Below the pieces are notes generated by a model, which was given only the letters and a program-made list of their open reading frames with translations, had not been told where the DNA came from and did no database searches. The translations under genes were made by a program, and so were the position numbers. From the NCBI GenBank assembly GCA_049451655.1, contig JBMTVS010000003.1:1-32980 (forward strand): DNA of 32,980 bases, read 5' to 3'. Of this stretch, positions 8,443 to 18,044 are shown one piece after another. Positions within the stretch are counted from its first letter, which is position 1. Every line of letters begins with the position of its first letter. Origin of the DNA: Kiritimatiellia bacterium (GTDB lineage Bacteria > Verrucomicrobiota > Kiritimatiellia > CAIVKH01).

Positions 8443-9570
8443 ATGGAAATGACCGCTGCCGAGTGGTTAAGCGCGCTGGGTCAGACGGCTCTGGTCACGA
8501 TTATTGTCTTCGTGGTGCTGTGCATCATAACCAGCCTTGTCCGTTTTCAGATGATGACCGAGGCGGCGGCCGAATCGGAAGAACTGGGCCTCGACGAAGA
8601 GCGATCTTTTCGTTTGCTGGTCATGAACCAGATTTCCGCCGCACGCAAGGCGCGCGAACCTCTTTCGGTGGTTTTGTTGCGGATCCCACCCGATGGTTCA
8701 CCTCAACCGGATGTGGAGCAGCGGATCAAGACACACCTGCGTTCATCGGATATGGTCATGTCTTGTGGCGATCAGCTGATCGGCATGCTGCTACTTTGCG
8801 GTTCCGAAAAAATCGAACGGGTCATGAAGCGGGTGATGGAAGACGAATCGAACGGTAATTTAGCCGGGCTTGACCGCTGGCACTTTGGCGTGGCCGGTTA
8901 CCCTGAACATGGATTCAAAACGTCGGAGCTCTATGCGCGTGCAGCGCAGATGCTTGAAGAGGCGGAACAAAACAAACGTCTCATCGCCGGCATGGCCCCG
9001 CCCGAGGAAGTGGCGGAGGAAAAATCCGCGCCCGACGGCATGGTCGACTCTTTGACCGGTCTGGTGAGCGAAGACAAGATGATCAACACCATGCGACGTT
9101 ATATCGCGCAAGCTCGCCGGGTAGACAAGGAGGCCTCGCTGATCTACATCCAAATTGATCAGTTTGAGCAACTTGCTGGACGCTTAAAGGAGGGCGTAAG
9201 CGACGCGCTGATCAAGGAACTCGCCGGTTTCATCGACCGCCAATTTCGTGAGCAGGATTTGTTATGTCGTTTCGGGTCGGCTGGTTTTGTAGCCGGTTTG
9301 ATGGTCCGTCCGGAAGATGCCATGGCGGTGACCCAGCGGGTAGCGTCATCTGTGCGTAAAAAAGTTTTCGCCGCCGGCAGCGCCACCAAACTGACCATTA
9401 GTGCAGGCATCGCCGGATACCCGGACGTGCAGGGAACCGCCGTGCAATACTTTGTGGCTGCGGAAATCGCCCTGCAACAAGCTCAAGGCAGAGGGCGGAA
9501 CCAAATCGTTCGCTACGAGCCTGCGATGCAGGCGAAAATTCGAACCGAATCGTCGGCCGACCGTTTATGA
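8443..9570 (+). CDS. Membrane-anchored protein with two degenerate GGDEF domains
   Basis: N-terminal TM; DSLTGL, LTISAGIAGYP, AQGRGRNQ; GGDEF replaced by GDQLI and GSAGF. Confidence 0.8.
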   Translation: MEMTAAEWLSALGQTALVTIIVFVVLCIITSLVRFQMMTEAAAESEELGLDEERSFRLLVMNQISAARKAREPLSVVLLRIPPDGSPQPDVEQRIKTHLRSSDMVMSCGDQLIGMLLLCGSEKIERVMKRVMEDESNGNLAGLDRWHFGVAGYPEHGFKTSELYARAAQMLEEAEQNKRLIAGMAPPEEVAEEKSAPDGMVDSLTGLVSEDKMINTMRRYIAQARRVDKEASLIYIQIDQFEQLAGRLKEGVSDALIKELAGFIDRQFREQDLLCRFGSAGFVAGLMVRPEDAMAVTQRVASSVRKKVFAAGSATKLTISAGIAGYPDVQGTAVQYFVAAEIALQQAQGRGRNQIVRYEPAMQAKIRTESSADRL

Positions 9571-10307
9571 GCAATGCCGGCATCAAGCTGGGGGTAAACG
9601 TGGATCATGTTGCCACGGTCCGGCAGGCACGCCGCGCCGCCTATCCCAATCCGCTGGAGGCGGCCCGGTACTGCGAGGCGGCGGGGGCTTACGGGATTAC
9701 CATTCATTTACGCGAGGATCGTCGCCATATTCAGGATCACGATGTTTGGGCGCTGAAGGCGTGGGGTAAACTGCCATTGAACCTCGAGATGGGAAACAAC
9801 CCTGAAATTGTGGATATCGCACTCGAGGTGAAGCCTGAAGAAGTCTGTTTGGTCCCGGAGAAACGACAGGAACTTACCACGGAAGGCGGACTTGATGTCG
9901 CCGGACAGTTTGATGTTTTGCGCGATACGGTCGACCGGTTGAAAGCAGCCGGCGCAATGGTCAGCATGTTCATAGACCCTGATCCGGTTCAGATCGAAGC
10001 TTCTGCGAAAATCGGCGCGCCGTTTATTGAGTTGCACACGGGCGCTTTTTGCGATCATGGCCAGCAAGAGGAAATGCAGCGCCTGATCGAGGGTGCCCGC
10101 ATGGCGCATCAGCTCGGCTTGCGGGTAAATGCCGGCCATGGCATCAACCTGGATAATATCCACGCTATACTACGCATACCGCATCTCGAAGTGCTCAACA
10201 TCGGGCACAGCATCGTTGCCCGCGCCGTGATGATCGGCATGGAGGCGGCTACCCGGGAAATGATGGACGCCATGTCCGCCTACCGGGGAGGCGAGCCCGC
10301 GCCGTGA
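9567..10307 (+). CDS. pdxJ: Pyridoxine 5'-phosphate synthase
   Basis: LGVNVDHVATVRQAR, ITIHLREDRRHIQD, LVPEKRQELTTEGGLDV, IELHTG, NAGHG, LNIGHSIVARA. Confidence 0.98.
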   Translation: MSNAGIKLGVNVDHVATVRQARRAAYPNPLEAARYCEAAGAYGITIHLREDRRHIQDHDVWALKAWGKLPLNLEMGNNPEIVDIALEVKPEEVCLVPEKRQELTTEGGLDVAGQFDVLRDTVDRLKAAGAMVSMFIDPDPVQIEASAKIGAPFIELHTGAFCDHGQQEEMQRLIEGARMAHQLGLRVNAGHGINLDNIHAILRIPHLEVLNIGHSIVARAVMIGMEAATREMMDAMSAYRGGEPAP

Positions 10308-11875
10308 AGATCGTCTCGACCGCGCAGATGCGGGAGATGGATCGCCGCGCCATGGAGGATTTCAACATCAAGGGGGAAGCCTTGATGGAACGGGCCGGTA
10401 GCGGCGTGGCCATGATCACCCGCCGGGTAGCCGAGATCGCCGGCTTCATGCATCCCGTCATTCACCTCATCGCGGGCCGGGGGCAAAATGGCGGGGATGT
10501 CTTCGTGGCGGCGCGTCACTTGAAGGAACAAGGTTTCGCGGTCGAGGTCTGGATCGCCGCGCACAAAAACCAGATTGCCGGCGATGCGCTAATTCATTTC
10601 AGTCGCATGAAGGCCGCCGGCATTGAGGCGTACGAAATACCCACGCTTGAAGATTGGCAGCAGGTCTCGGCCGAACCATTTTACGCGGAAATCATCGTGG
10701 ACGGTGTGCTTGGGACGGGTTTGCGCGGACCCGCCCGCGGTCCCTTGGCCGGGGCTATTCAATACATCCGGGAGCGCTCGCAGGAGTCGTTGGTCGTCTC
10801 GATAGATCTGCCCTCCGGACTTCACGGCGATACCGGCTTGGCGGAAGGACCGGCGGTAACCGCGGATGTAACCGCGACCATTGGTTTGCCCAAAGCGGGA
10901 CTCTTGAATCAGTCCGCCATCGACTTTGTGGGCAGCTTGGATGTAGTCGATATTGGACTGCCCGCTGAATTAATTGAGGAAGCTACGCCACCCGAGGATC
11001 TGGCGTTTATTCACCTCATGGATCTGCGACCCCTGTTCAAGCGTCGCCGTCGATCCTCGCACAAGGGTGACTATGGTCATCTTCTCGTGGTGGGTGGTTC
11101 GCGTAGATTCACCGGAGCGGTATCCTTGACCGCACGGGCGGCTTTGCGCAGCGGCGCAGGTTTAGTCACGGTGTTGGCGCCGCAAAGCCTGCGCCAGGCG
11201 ATCGCGTGTGATACCCCCGAGCTGATGGTCATGCCCGGTTTGGAGACCGAGGAGGGCGCGCTGGCCAGGGAGAACCTCGGTTGGATTGAACAGCATGCGG
11301 ACGAGTTCAGCGCGGTGGCTATCGGACCCGGGCTTACAGTTTGCGACGATACGCGCGACCTTTTGGCGGGCATGTTGAAGGTCTTAAAGGTTCCGTTGCT
11401 GCTCGATGCCGATGCGATCAACCTTTACGCCGCCTACCCGGAATTGGCGGCCAGCGTCGTGGCTCCATTGGTGATGACCCCTCATCCCGGTGAATGTGGC
11501 AGACTTTTGCGTTGCAGTGCCGCTGACGTGCAGGCCGACCGCCGAGCCGCCGCTAGTGCGGTGGTGGCCAAAACCGGAGCCACCATGGTGTTAAAGGGCG
11601 CGGGTAGTCTCATTGCCTCGCCCGGACAAACCACGCAAGTCAATCTAAACGGTAATCCGGGTATGGCGACCGGCGGCAGCGGCGATGTATTAACGGGGGT
11701 GATTGGGGGGTTGTTGGCCCAGCGATTTAGCACCTTTGACGCCTGCCGGGCCGGGGTCTATCTGCACGGACGGGCGGGTGATTATGCGGCTTGGCGGCGT
11801 TGCCAGGCGGGCGTGCTGGCTGGGGATTTGATCGAGGAAATCCCCTATGCATTGCGGGATATTGCTTTGCGCTGA
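10304..11875 (+). CDS. nnr: Bifunctional NAD(P)H-hydrate epimerase/dehydratase (YjeF)
   Basis: ALMERAG, GRGQNGGD, VDGVLGTG, SIDLPSG, HKGDYG, LDADA, TPHPGE, MATGGSGDVLTG, YLHGRAGD. Confidence 0.96.
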   Translation: MKIVSTAQMREMDRRAMEDFNIKGEALMERAGSGVAMITRRVAEIAGFMHPVIHLIAGRGQNGGDVFVAARHLKEQGFAVEVWIAAHKNQIAGDALIHFSRMKAAGIEAYEIPTLEDWQQVSAEPFYAEIIVDGVLGTGLRGPARGPLAGAIQYIRERSQESLVVSIDLPSGLHGDTGLAEGPAVTADVTATIGLPKAGLLNQSAIDFVGSLDVVDIGLPAELIEEATPPEDLAFIHLMDLRPLFKRRRRSSHKGDYGHLLVVGGSRRFTGAVSLTARAALRSGAGLVTVLAPQSLRQAIACDTPELMVMPGLETEEGALARENLGWIEQHADEFSAVAIGPGLTVCDDTRDLLAGMLKVLKVPLLLDADAINLYAAYPELAASVVAPLVMTPHPGECGRLLRCSAADVQADRRAAASAVVAKTGATMVLKGAGSLIASPGQTTQVNLNGNPGMATGGSGDVLTGVIGGLLAQRFSTFDACRAGVYLHGRAGDYAAWRRCQAGVLAGDLIEEIPYALRDIALR

Positions 11876-12002
11876 CCTCAGATTCCCGGGGTGAACCCGA
11901 AAACCCGCTGCCAATTACCCGATTCGCTAACTTTCGCTTGATTTCGGATTACGCCATCCATCATCTTCTCGCGCATTCACTCATTCAAAACAGGAGTAAT
12001 AC

Positions 12003-12845
12003 GTGAAAAAATATCAAGTGTGGATGCCGCTTTTGATCGCGGCTGGCTTGTTCGCAGGTTGCGGACAAAAAGATAATTCGGCATCGGATGCCCCGGCGGA
12101 GGAAGCTTCTCCGGAAACATCAATCGCCGAACAAGCGGAAGAAGTAACGCAGACGATTTCAGAGGAAATCGGCGAGGCTCAAGAGCAGTTGATCGAAGAG
12201 GTTAGCGAAATCAAAGAGCAAATCGGGAGTATGACCGAGGCCGCGCTTGAACAAGGCGGTGAGGTTGTTGAGCAAGTTGAGGAGGCCATCTCCGATGCTG
12301 TTGCCGTCGCTGCCGAGGAGATCGAGAAGATTCGTGATGAGTCGATGCAGGCTTTTGAGCAGGCTGAACAAGCCCTCACGAAAACAAATGTTCCGGAGGG
12401 CGCAGACGAAGCCCGCCTGGAAGCCATGGACGGCTTTGAGCAGGCCAAACAAGCCATCGATGAACTCGATATGGCTACTGCCGAAGGTTCTACCGGAAGC
12501 GATCAACCGGAAGTAATTTCGATTGAAGAAGGTGTCGTCGCTGAAGCGGCCGCAGAAGCCATCGAAGTTACCGAAGCTGAATTGGTCGAGGAAATCGAAT
12601 TGGATGCCACGCCTGTGCTTGCGACCGAACCGGAAGTCACGGAATCGGTTGTTATCGAAGAGCCGGTTGCGGAAGAAGTTGAAATTGCACCTGAGCTGGC
12701 GGTTGAGCCGGAAACGGTTGCGCCTGCCGTCATCGAGGAAACAGTCGAGCAAGCAGAAACAATTGCCCCCGAGCTTGCCATCGATCCCGAAATGGTTGCT
12801 CCTGCGGTCATTGAAGAGTCAACGGAGACGCCTCCGACTCCCTAA
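12003..12845 (+). CDS. Highly acidic lipoprotein of unknown function
   Basis: SD AGGAG before GTG; lipobox FAGC; Glu/Ala/Val-rich body. Confidence 0.8.
   Translation: MKKYQVWMPLLIAAGLFAGCGQKDNSASDAPAEEASPETSIAEQAEEVTQTISEEIGEAQEQLIEEVSEIKEQIGSMTEAALEQGGEVVEQVEEAISDAVAVAAEEIEKIRDESMQAFEQAEQALTKTNVPEGADEARLEAMDGFEQAKQAIDELDMATAEGSTGSDQPEVISIEEGVVAEAAAEAIEVTEAELVEEIELDATPVLATEPEVTESVVIEEPVAEEVEIAPELAVEPETVAPAVIEETVEQAETIAPELAIDPEMVAPAVIEESTETPPTP
12606..12830 (+). repeat. Three degenerate 78-nt (26-aa) coding tandem repeats
   Basis: Units start at 12606, 12684 and 12762: ATPVLATEPEVTESVVIEE / IAPELAVEPETVAPAVIEE / IAPELAIDPEMVAPAVIEE. Confidence 0.8.
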
Positions 12846-12868
12846 AGTCTACAGGAAATTGGTAGATG

Positions 12869-12911
12869 CGAGCGGAAGGGGACTGTAGCGGTTCCCTCCG
12901 CTCGTTTTTTT
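12869..12911 (+). terminator. Intrinsic terminator after the lipoprotein gene, between it and the convergent mfd
   Basis: CGAGCGGA...TCCGCTCG stem followed by T7. Confidence 0.85.
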
Positions 12912-12914
12912 GGG

Positions 12915-15900
12915 TCAAATTCGCGCGACCAATTTGAACAGATTTTTCAAACGATTCGTGGTGGCGGCTTGGGGTAGTCGTGGAAATTTACCGTCTTTCA
13001 TGATGAAGTCGCGACGACGGGTCATGATGACCTTTTCATCCTGAATCTCGATTTTCTGAATTCCTTTTTCGGCGGCGGCTATCTTGATGCGGGACAGCAG
13101 GAGTAGGCGCTGCGCCGGCTCGGGCAACACACCAAAGCGATCGCGCAACTCGGCCTCCAGTTCATCTACCAGGTTCAGCCGGTTGAGCGAAGCAATGCGC
13201 CGATAGAGCCGCACCCGCAACGTTTCATCCTCGATGAAGGTGATGGGTATGGCTGCCGCGTGATCCGCGATTTCCTCTTCCGCGCCGAGAGAAAGAAAAT
13301 CGACCGTTACCTCGACGTCAATCACCGGTTCTTCCGGATCACCCTTCATGCGCGCAACCGTGCGCTGTAAAAGCTGGCAATAGAGATCGAACCCGATGGC
13401 CGCAATATGACCACTTTGCTCGGACCCCAGAATGTTTCCGGCGCCGCGTATCTCGAGGTCGCGCATGGCCAGTTTGAATCCGGAGCCGAGGCTGGAGTAG
13501 CGTTTGATGGCGCCGATACGTTGCCGCGCCATAAAGAATAATTTTCCGTGCTTGGGCAACAACAGATAAGCGAAGGCTTTTCGCTTGTACCTTCCGACCC
13601 GTCCGCGCAACTGGTACAGCTCGGCAAGACCGAAGCGATCGGCACGATCGATGATGATGGTGTTGACATTGGGTATATTGAGACCGCTCTCGATAATCGT
13701 GGTACAAAGCAGGACATCGAAATCACCGTGACTAAATCCGCGCATCACCCGCGAAAGCTCGCCCTCCTTCATTTGCCCGTGCGCGACCCGTATGCGCGCT
13801 TCCGGCACCAGATTGGCTAACTTGAGGTGGAGTTGCTCAATAGTCCCCACGCGGTTGTGCAAAAAGTAGACCTGCCCCTCGCGGTTGATTTCGCGAAGGA
13901 TCGCCTCGCGAATGGTCTCGTCCTTGTGCTCGGTGATGATGGTCTCGATCGGTAACCGTTCAACCGGCGCGGTTTCGATGATGCTCAAATCCTTGGCCCC
14001 GGTAAGGCTCATGTACAGCGTCCGCGGAATCGGCGTGGCGGTCATGGTCAACACATCGACGAGCTGACGCATCCGCTTGAGGCGCTCCTTGTGCTTCACG
14101 CCGAAGCGCTGCTCCTCGTCTATAATCACCAGGCCGAGGTCGCGAAATCTCACATCGTTTTGCACCAGGCGGTGGGTACCGATGACGATGTCGACCGCGC
14201 CGTCCGCGAGGCGTTCGAGCACGTCTTGTTGCTCCGCCTTGCTCTTGAAGCGACTGAGCGACTCGATACGTACCGGAAACGCGGCCATGCGCTCGCTGAA
14301 AGAATCGTAATGTTGCTGGGCCAGCACCGTGGTGGGCACCAGCACCGCGACCTGCTTCCCGTCCATCACCGCCTTAAAGGAGGCACGCATCGCGACTTCG
14401 GTTTTACCATAGCCGACATCGCCACAAATCAGCCTGTCCATCGGTCGCGCGCTTTCCATGTCGTTCTTCACATCCGAGATGGCGCGGGCTTGATCGGGCG
14501 TTTCGTCGAATGGAAACGTGTTTTCAAATTCCAGTTGCCAGTGAGTGTCCTTGCTGTAGGCATGGCCCGGTTTTGCGTCCCGCTCCGCCTGGGTTTCGAG
14601 CAACATCGCCGCCATATCCTCGACCGCGCGCTCGGCAGCAATCTTTTCCTTGGTCCAGCGCTTGCCTCCGATGGCGTGCAGCTCGGGTCGCCGCTTACCC
14701 ACGCCGATATAGCGACTGAGTAAGTGGGTTTGACCAACCGGCAAATAGATTTTTGCCTGGCCGGCATACTCGATGGTGAGGACTTCGCGCGACTGACCGT
14801 TAACCTCGATCTCAAACAAGCCACGATAAATCCCAATCCCGTGATCGGTGTGTACAACGAAGTCGCCGGGCTGAATATCGGTCCAGGACTGCAGACGCTC
14901 ACCAGCCTGACTGCGGGCGCGCTCGCGCTTGGCCGATCGCTCGAAGCGTCCCGCTTGTTCGCGGCGCATGCCGTAGAAGTCGAGATCGCTCACGTAGAGG
15001 CAGTTAGTCTCCTCGCAATGAAAACTTTCAGAGAGCACGCCTTCGTGGAAACGAATCAAGGCATGCGCTGGTAACTCATCACGATAGGCTTCGGCAAATC
15101 TTTCCATGCCGCCCGGGCTGCTAAAAAAGAGAGTCACGCTCGATCCGGACTGCGCCTGCGCGACCAGATGGCGCAAAAATTGCAGGCGTTGCCCGGCGAT
15201 GACATCCAACGGAACCGGGCCACCGGGAGCGGCGGGTAAACCGTCAACATCTTTGGCATCAAGCGAGATGACGATTTCATGCTCGCACGGACTTAAAGCG
15301 AAGACCAGGTGTCCGGAACCCGGTATGGTATCCGGTCCAGGTAAGGTTTCCGGTGCCACTAATCCGCGCTCATGAAGCGATTCGAAATAGATGTCACGAT
15401 GATGTTCGATGCTTTCGCGATCGATCCAAAGCCAGAACGCATTGGATTCGACGAAATCAGCAAAGAAGTGCTGACCGGAAATATCCTCGGCGGCGGGCGG
15501 AAGTTCGGTGGCGAGGAGAATTTCGCGCGAGCGCTGCTCAACCGGATCGAACGACCGGATGGACTCAATGGTGTCACCAAAAAACTCGAGGCGCACCGGC
15601 CAGTCGAAACCGGGCGGCCATGCATCGAGAATTCCACCTCGCCAGGACGCCTGACCTGGTTGCAGTACTTCCGGCTCAAAAATATATCCAGAGGACTCGA
15701 GTTTCTCGAGCAAGGTTGACGGCTGGCATTCATCACCGACATTGAAGCTTGGCGTCTGCTCAAGCACGACATGTGGAGCTGACGTTGGTTGCATTAAAGC
15801 TTGGATACATGTAACCACGACCGGACGCGAGGTAAGCGCCTTCAACGCCAGCATTCGTTCGCCCATGGCGGAGGGTGAGCGATCCTCGGCTGAGGGAAAG

Positions 15901-16157
15901 CTATGGCAAACAGTCTGACTCCTAAAGTAATCCGCCAGTGTTTGCACGTCATTGACAACGCGTTCCATGGTGGTGGGGCCATCCGTAACGATAATCACCG
16001 TCGCGGATTCGCACAGCCTGGCAGCCGCCAGTCCCGCCGCCGCCATGCCGGGAACGGGCGTGATTTGGGCACAATACACCCCTCGCCGGTGGAAAATCTC
16101 CACCAGCGTTTCCGAGTCTTTTTTGCCAAGTATGGCTTGACCCTTAGGCGAGGGCAT
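12915..16157 (-). CDS. mfd: Transcription-repair coupling factor
   Basis: UvrB-homology region (RGGILDAWP...[16 protein letters not shown]), CarD/RID (VVHTDHGIG), [54 protein letters not shown]-terminus. Confidence 0.98.
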   Translation of the reverse strand: MPSPKGQAILGKKDSETLVEIFHRRGVYCAQITPVPGMAAAGLAAARLCESATVIIVTDGPTTMERVVNDVQTLADYFRSQTVCHSFPSAEDRSPSAMGERMLALKALTSRPVVVTCIQALMQPTSAPHVVLEQTPSFNVGDECQPSTLLEKLESSGYIFEPEVLQPGQASWRGGILDAWPPGFDWPVRLEFFGDTIESIRSFDPVEQRSREILLATELPPAAEDISGQHFFADFVESNAFWLWIDRESIEHHRDIYFESLHERGLVAPETLPGPDTIPGSGHLVFALSPCEHEIVISLDAKDVDGLPAAPGGPVPLDVIAGQRLQFLRHLVAQAQSGSSVTLFFSSPGGMERFAEAYRDELPAHALIRFHEGVLSESFHCEETNCLYVSDLDFYGMRREQAGRFERSAKRERARSQAGERLQSWTDIQPGDFVVHTDHGIGIYRGLFEIEVNGQSREVLTIEYAGQAKIYLPVGQTHLLSRYIGVGKRRPELHAIGGKRWTKEKIAAERAVEDMAAMLLETQAERDAKPGHAYSKDTHWQLEFENTFPFDETPDQARAISDVKNDMESARPMDRLICGDVGYGKTEVAMRASFKAVMDGKQVAVLVPTTVLAQQHYDSFSERMAAFPVRIESLSRFKSKAEQQDVLERLADGAVDIVIGTHRLVQNDVRFRDLGLVIIDEEQRFGVKHKERLKRMRQLVDVLTMTATPIPRTLYMSLTGAKDLSIIETAPVERLPIETIITEHKDETIREAILREINREGQVYFLHNRVGTIEQLHLKLANLVPEARIRVAHGQMKEGELSRVMRGFSHGDFDVLLCTTIIESGLNIPNVNTIIIDRADRFGLAELYQLRGRVGRYKRKAFAYLLLPKHGKLFFMARQRIGAIKRYSSLGSGFKLAMRDLEIRGAGNILGSEQSGHIAAIGFDLYCQLLQRTVARMKGDPEEPVIDVEVTVDFLSLGAEEEIADHAAAIPITFIEDETLRVRLYRRIASLNRLNLVDELEAELRDRFGVLPEPAQRLLLLSRIKIAAAEKGIQKIEIQDEKVIMTRRRDFIMKDGKFPRLPQAATTNRLKNLFKLVARI

Positions 16158-16229
16158 GACGGTAACTATACGCTATATTTTTGCCGGAACTACTTCCCGG
16201 TGAAAAACTTCCGGAACAGGGCGATATGA

Positions 16230-16643
16230 TTATTTCAGGCACATATGCCCGCGCTTCAAGGAAAGCATGCGTCCAGAAGCCTCCTCCACGGAAACAATGC
16301 GGATATTGAAGCAGCCGGGTCCGTCGGAACGATAGTAGAGGTCGTAGAAGTTATCACACTCGAGTTGCACGTTGGCGCCATCCAGTAAGCGCCAGGTTTG
16401 ATTGAGACGGGTCCTGCTTTCACCGGTCTCGATAATCAGGTCTACATCGACCGGGTCACAGTAGGGTCCCGGTGACGAACTGACTTGAAAATCGAACGGG
16501 ATCTGCCCGGTCATCGCGGGTGCTATAGAACCATCCGGCGTGTCCGGATGCGGCGTGCGCACCCGGACACCATCGGCGGCCCACACGAGGACGAGCGTAG
16601 CGAAGATAATCATGATGGTAATGATCGCTTTCTGCTGGTTCAT
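16230..16643 (-). CDS. Small secreted hypothetical protein (4 Cys)
   Basis: SD AGGAG 7 nt before ATG; signal peptide MNQQKAIITIMIIFATLVLVWA. Confidence 0.7.
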   Translation of the reverse strand: MNQQKAIITIMIIFATLVLVWAADGVRVRTPHPDTPDGSIAPAMTGQIPFDFQVSSSPGPYCDPVDVDLIIETGESRTRLNQTWRLLDGANVQLECDNFYDLYYRSDGPGCFNIRIVSVEEASGRMLSLKRGHMCLK

Positions 16644-16669
16644 GGTGTGTCTCCTTGATCCGGCTTGAT

Positions 16670-17326
16670 TCAGGCCGCTTTGCGCTGTCGAGGAATGGTG
16701 GTTTCGGGTATACCGGAATATCCAGGCGGGCGGCTGACCGCTTCGGATTTTCTCCGTCGCATAAACGAGGAGAAGGTGACGAAGAACAGCCCGGTCTGGA
16801 AGAGACAGCGCAATCCGGTGGCCTCGGCGTCGCTAAGGGTAATACCGAGCTTATAGGGCACAGCCTCTTTGTTGCGCTTGCAGGAGAGCGCGAGGAAGAA
16901 GGTGTTGTGCTCCAGGTTGCGCTGAAATGCGATGAGGGTGTTGCCGCCGCCGGAGGCATGAAAGAGCCCGTTGCGGTCGCCGCCGACGCGCAGCGTTCGG
17001 CCCTCGAGCACGGTGAGCATCTCGGCGATGTCCATGAAGTTAAGCTTCACGGTAATCTTGTTGACCCAATCGAAGGTCGCGGGTGACACGCCACCGCCAT
17101 CACGGTTCGCGGTAGTCTTCTGGGCCGCCATCTCCATAAAGAAGCAGTTATAACGGTCGGCATCGTCGCGGTTCACCCGGGGTTCGAGGCGCAGCGCGGT
17201 GCCGGTGCCACGGTTATTCTGGTGGTAGAACGCGATGGAGCGTCCCTTGTAGTCGGTCACGGGCGGCGTTTCCATAATGGGTTCGTTGGTGATTTCGGCT
17301 GTATTTATGTTCGTATTAATTGTCAT
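16670..17326 (-). CDS. Putative Whirly-like ssDNA-binding protein
   Basis: SD-like AAGGAAG; motifs ALRLEP, FDWVNKITVKL, GLFH, FFLALS and ITLSDAEATGLRCLF are colinear with plant Whirly motifs (recognised by eye). Confidence 0.6.
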   Translation of the reverse strand: MTINTNINTAEITNEPIMETPPVTDYKGRSIAFYHQNNRGTGTALRLEPRVNRDDADRYNCFFMEMAAQKTTANRDGGGVSPATFDWVNKITVKLNFMDIAEMLTVLEGRTLRVGGDRNGLFHASGGGNTLIAFQRNLEHNTFFLALSCKRNKEAVPYKLGITLSDAEATGLRCLFQTGLFFVTFSSFMRRRKSEAVSRPPGYSGIPETTIPRQRKAA

Positions 17327-17382
17327 TGGGTTCTTCCTTTTTGATGTTTTTCGGTTGATTGATTTTCAAAAACCGTGAGTGA

Positions 17383-17466
17383 GACCGGATGGCCGGGGTT
17401 GACGCATGAGCAGACAACAAGAGATTGTCGCGTCGCACCCGGCCATCATGGTCCACCCGCGGGGTG
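17383..17466 (-). other. Long structured inverted-repeat element between ssb and the Whirly-like gene
   Basis: Nested pairings GACC/GGTC, GATGGCCGGG/CCCGGCCATC, GACGC/GCGTC and GACAA/TTGTC; adjacent small hairpin CACCC-GCG-GGGTG. Confidence 0.7.
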
Positions 17467-17472
17467 CAGGTT

Positions 17473-17883
17473 TTAGAACGGCATGTGGTCTCCGTCGTCG
17501 TCGTCCATTACGCCAGCGGCCACGGCCTCGGTGCCGGGGCTATCCTTGACGGGGCCGCGCTGAAGAAACTGCACGCGGTTCGCACGGACGCGGAGCTTCG
17601 AGCGCTTTTCGCCGCTGTCCGTGTTCCACTGGTCGAACTGGAGTCGGCCTTCCACCAGAACCGGCGAACCTTTCTTAAGATACTGGGCGCAGGTTTCGGC
17701 GATACGGCCCCAGACGACGATGTCGGCAAAGCAGGCACGCTCGACGAGCTTGCCGTCCTTGTCCTTGTAGTTGTCATTCACGGCCAGGCCGAGTTCCGAA
17801 ACGGCCTGTCCGCCCGGCGTCACGCGCTTTTCAGGATCGCGGGTCAGGTTTCCCATCAGGAATACTTGGTTCATGGAATTCAT
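17473..17883 (-). CDS. ssb: Single-stranded DNA-binding protein
   Basis: MNQVFLMGNLTRDPE, VVWGRIAE...YLKKGSPVLVEGRL, acidic tail ending DHMPF; SD AGGAG before ATG 17883. Confidence 0.96.
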   Translation of the reverse strand: MNSMNQVFLMGNLTRDPEKRVTPGGQAVSELGLAVNDNYKDKDGKLVERACFADIVVWGRIAETCAQYLKKGSPVLVEGRLQFDQWNTDSGEKRSKLRVRANRVQFLQRGPVKDSPGTEAVAAGVMDDDDGDHMPF

Positions 17884-18044
17884 GTTTTTTCTCCTTCTAT
17901 GTTGTTGGTTTTCGTTGTTATGAATGAGCATGTGCTCTATTTCATGATTCCAATTACCAACAGCATCGAGGCGTTCATTTTTGGAAAAATATTTTTCATA
18001 AACTCTCTAAGCTGTTGATATTCAACGAATAAAAATTTTCAAAA

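Noticed and set aside
17425-18018. 197-aa plus-strand ORF
   Set aside because: Antisense to ssb; no independent coding evidence
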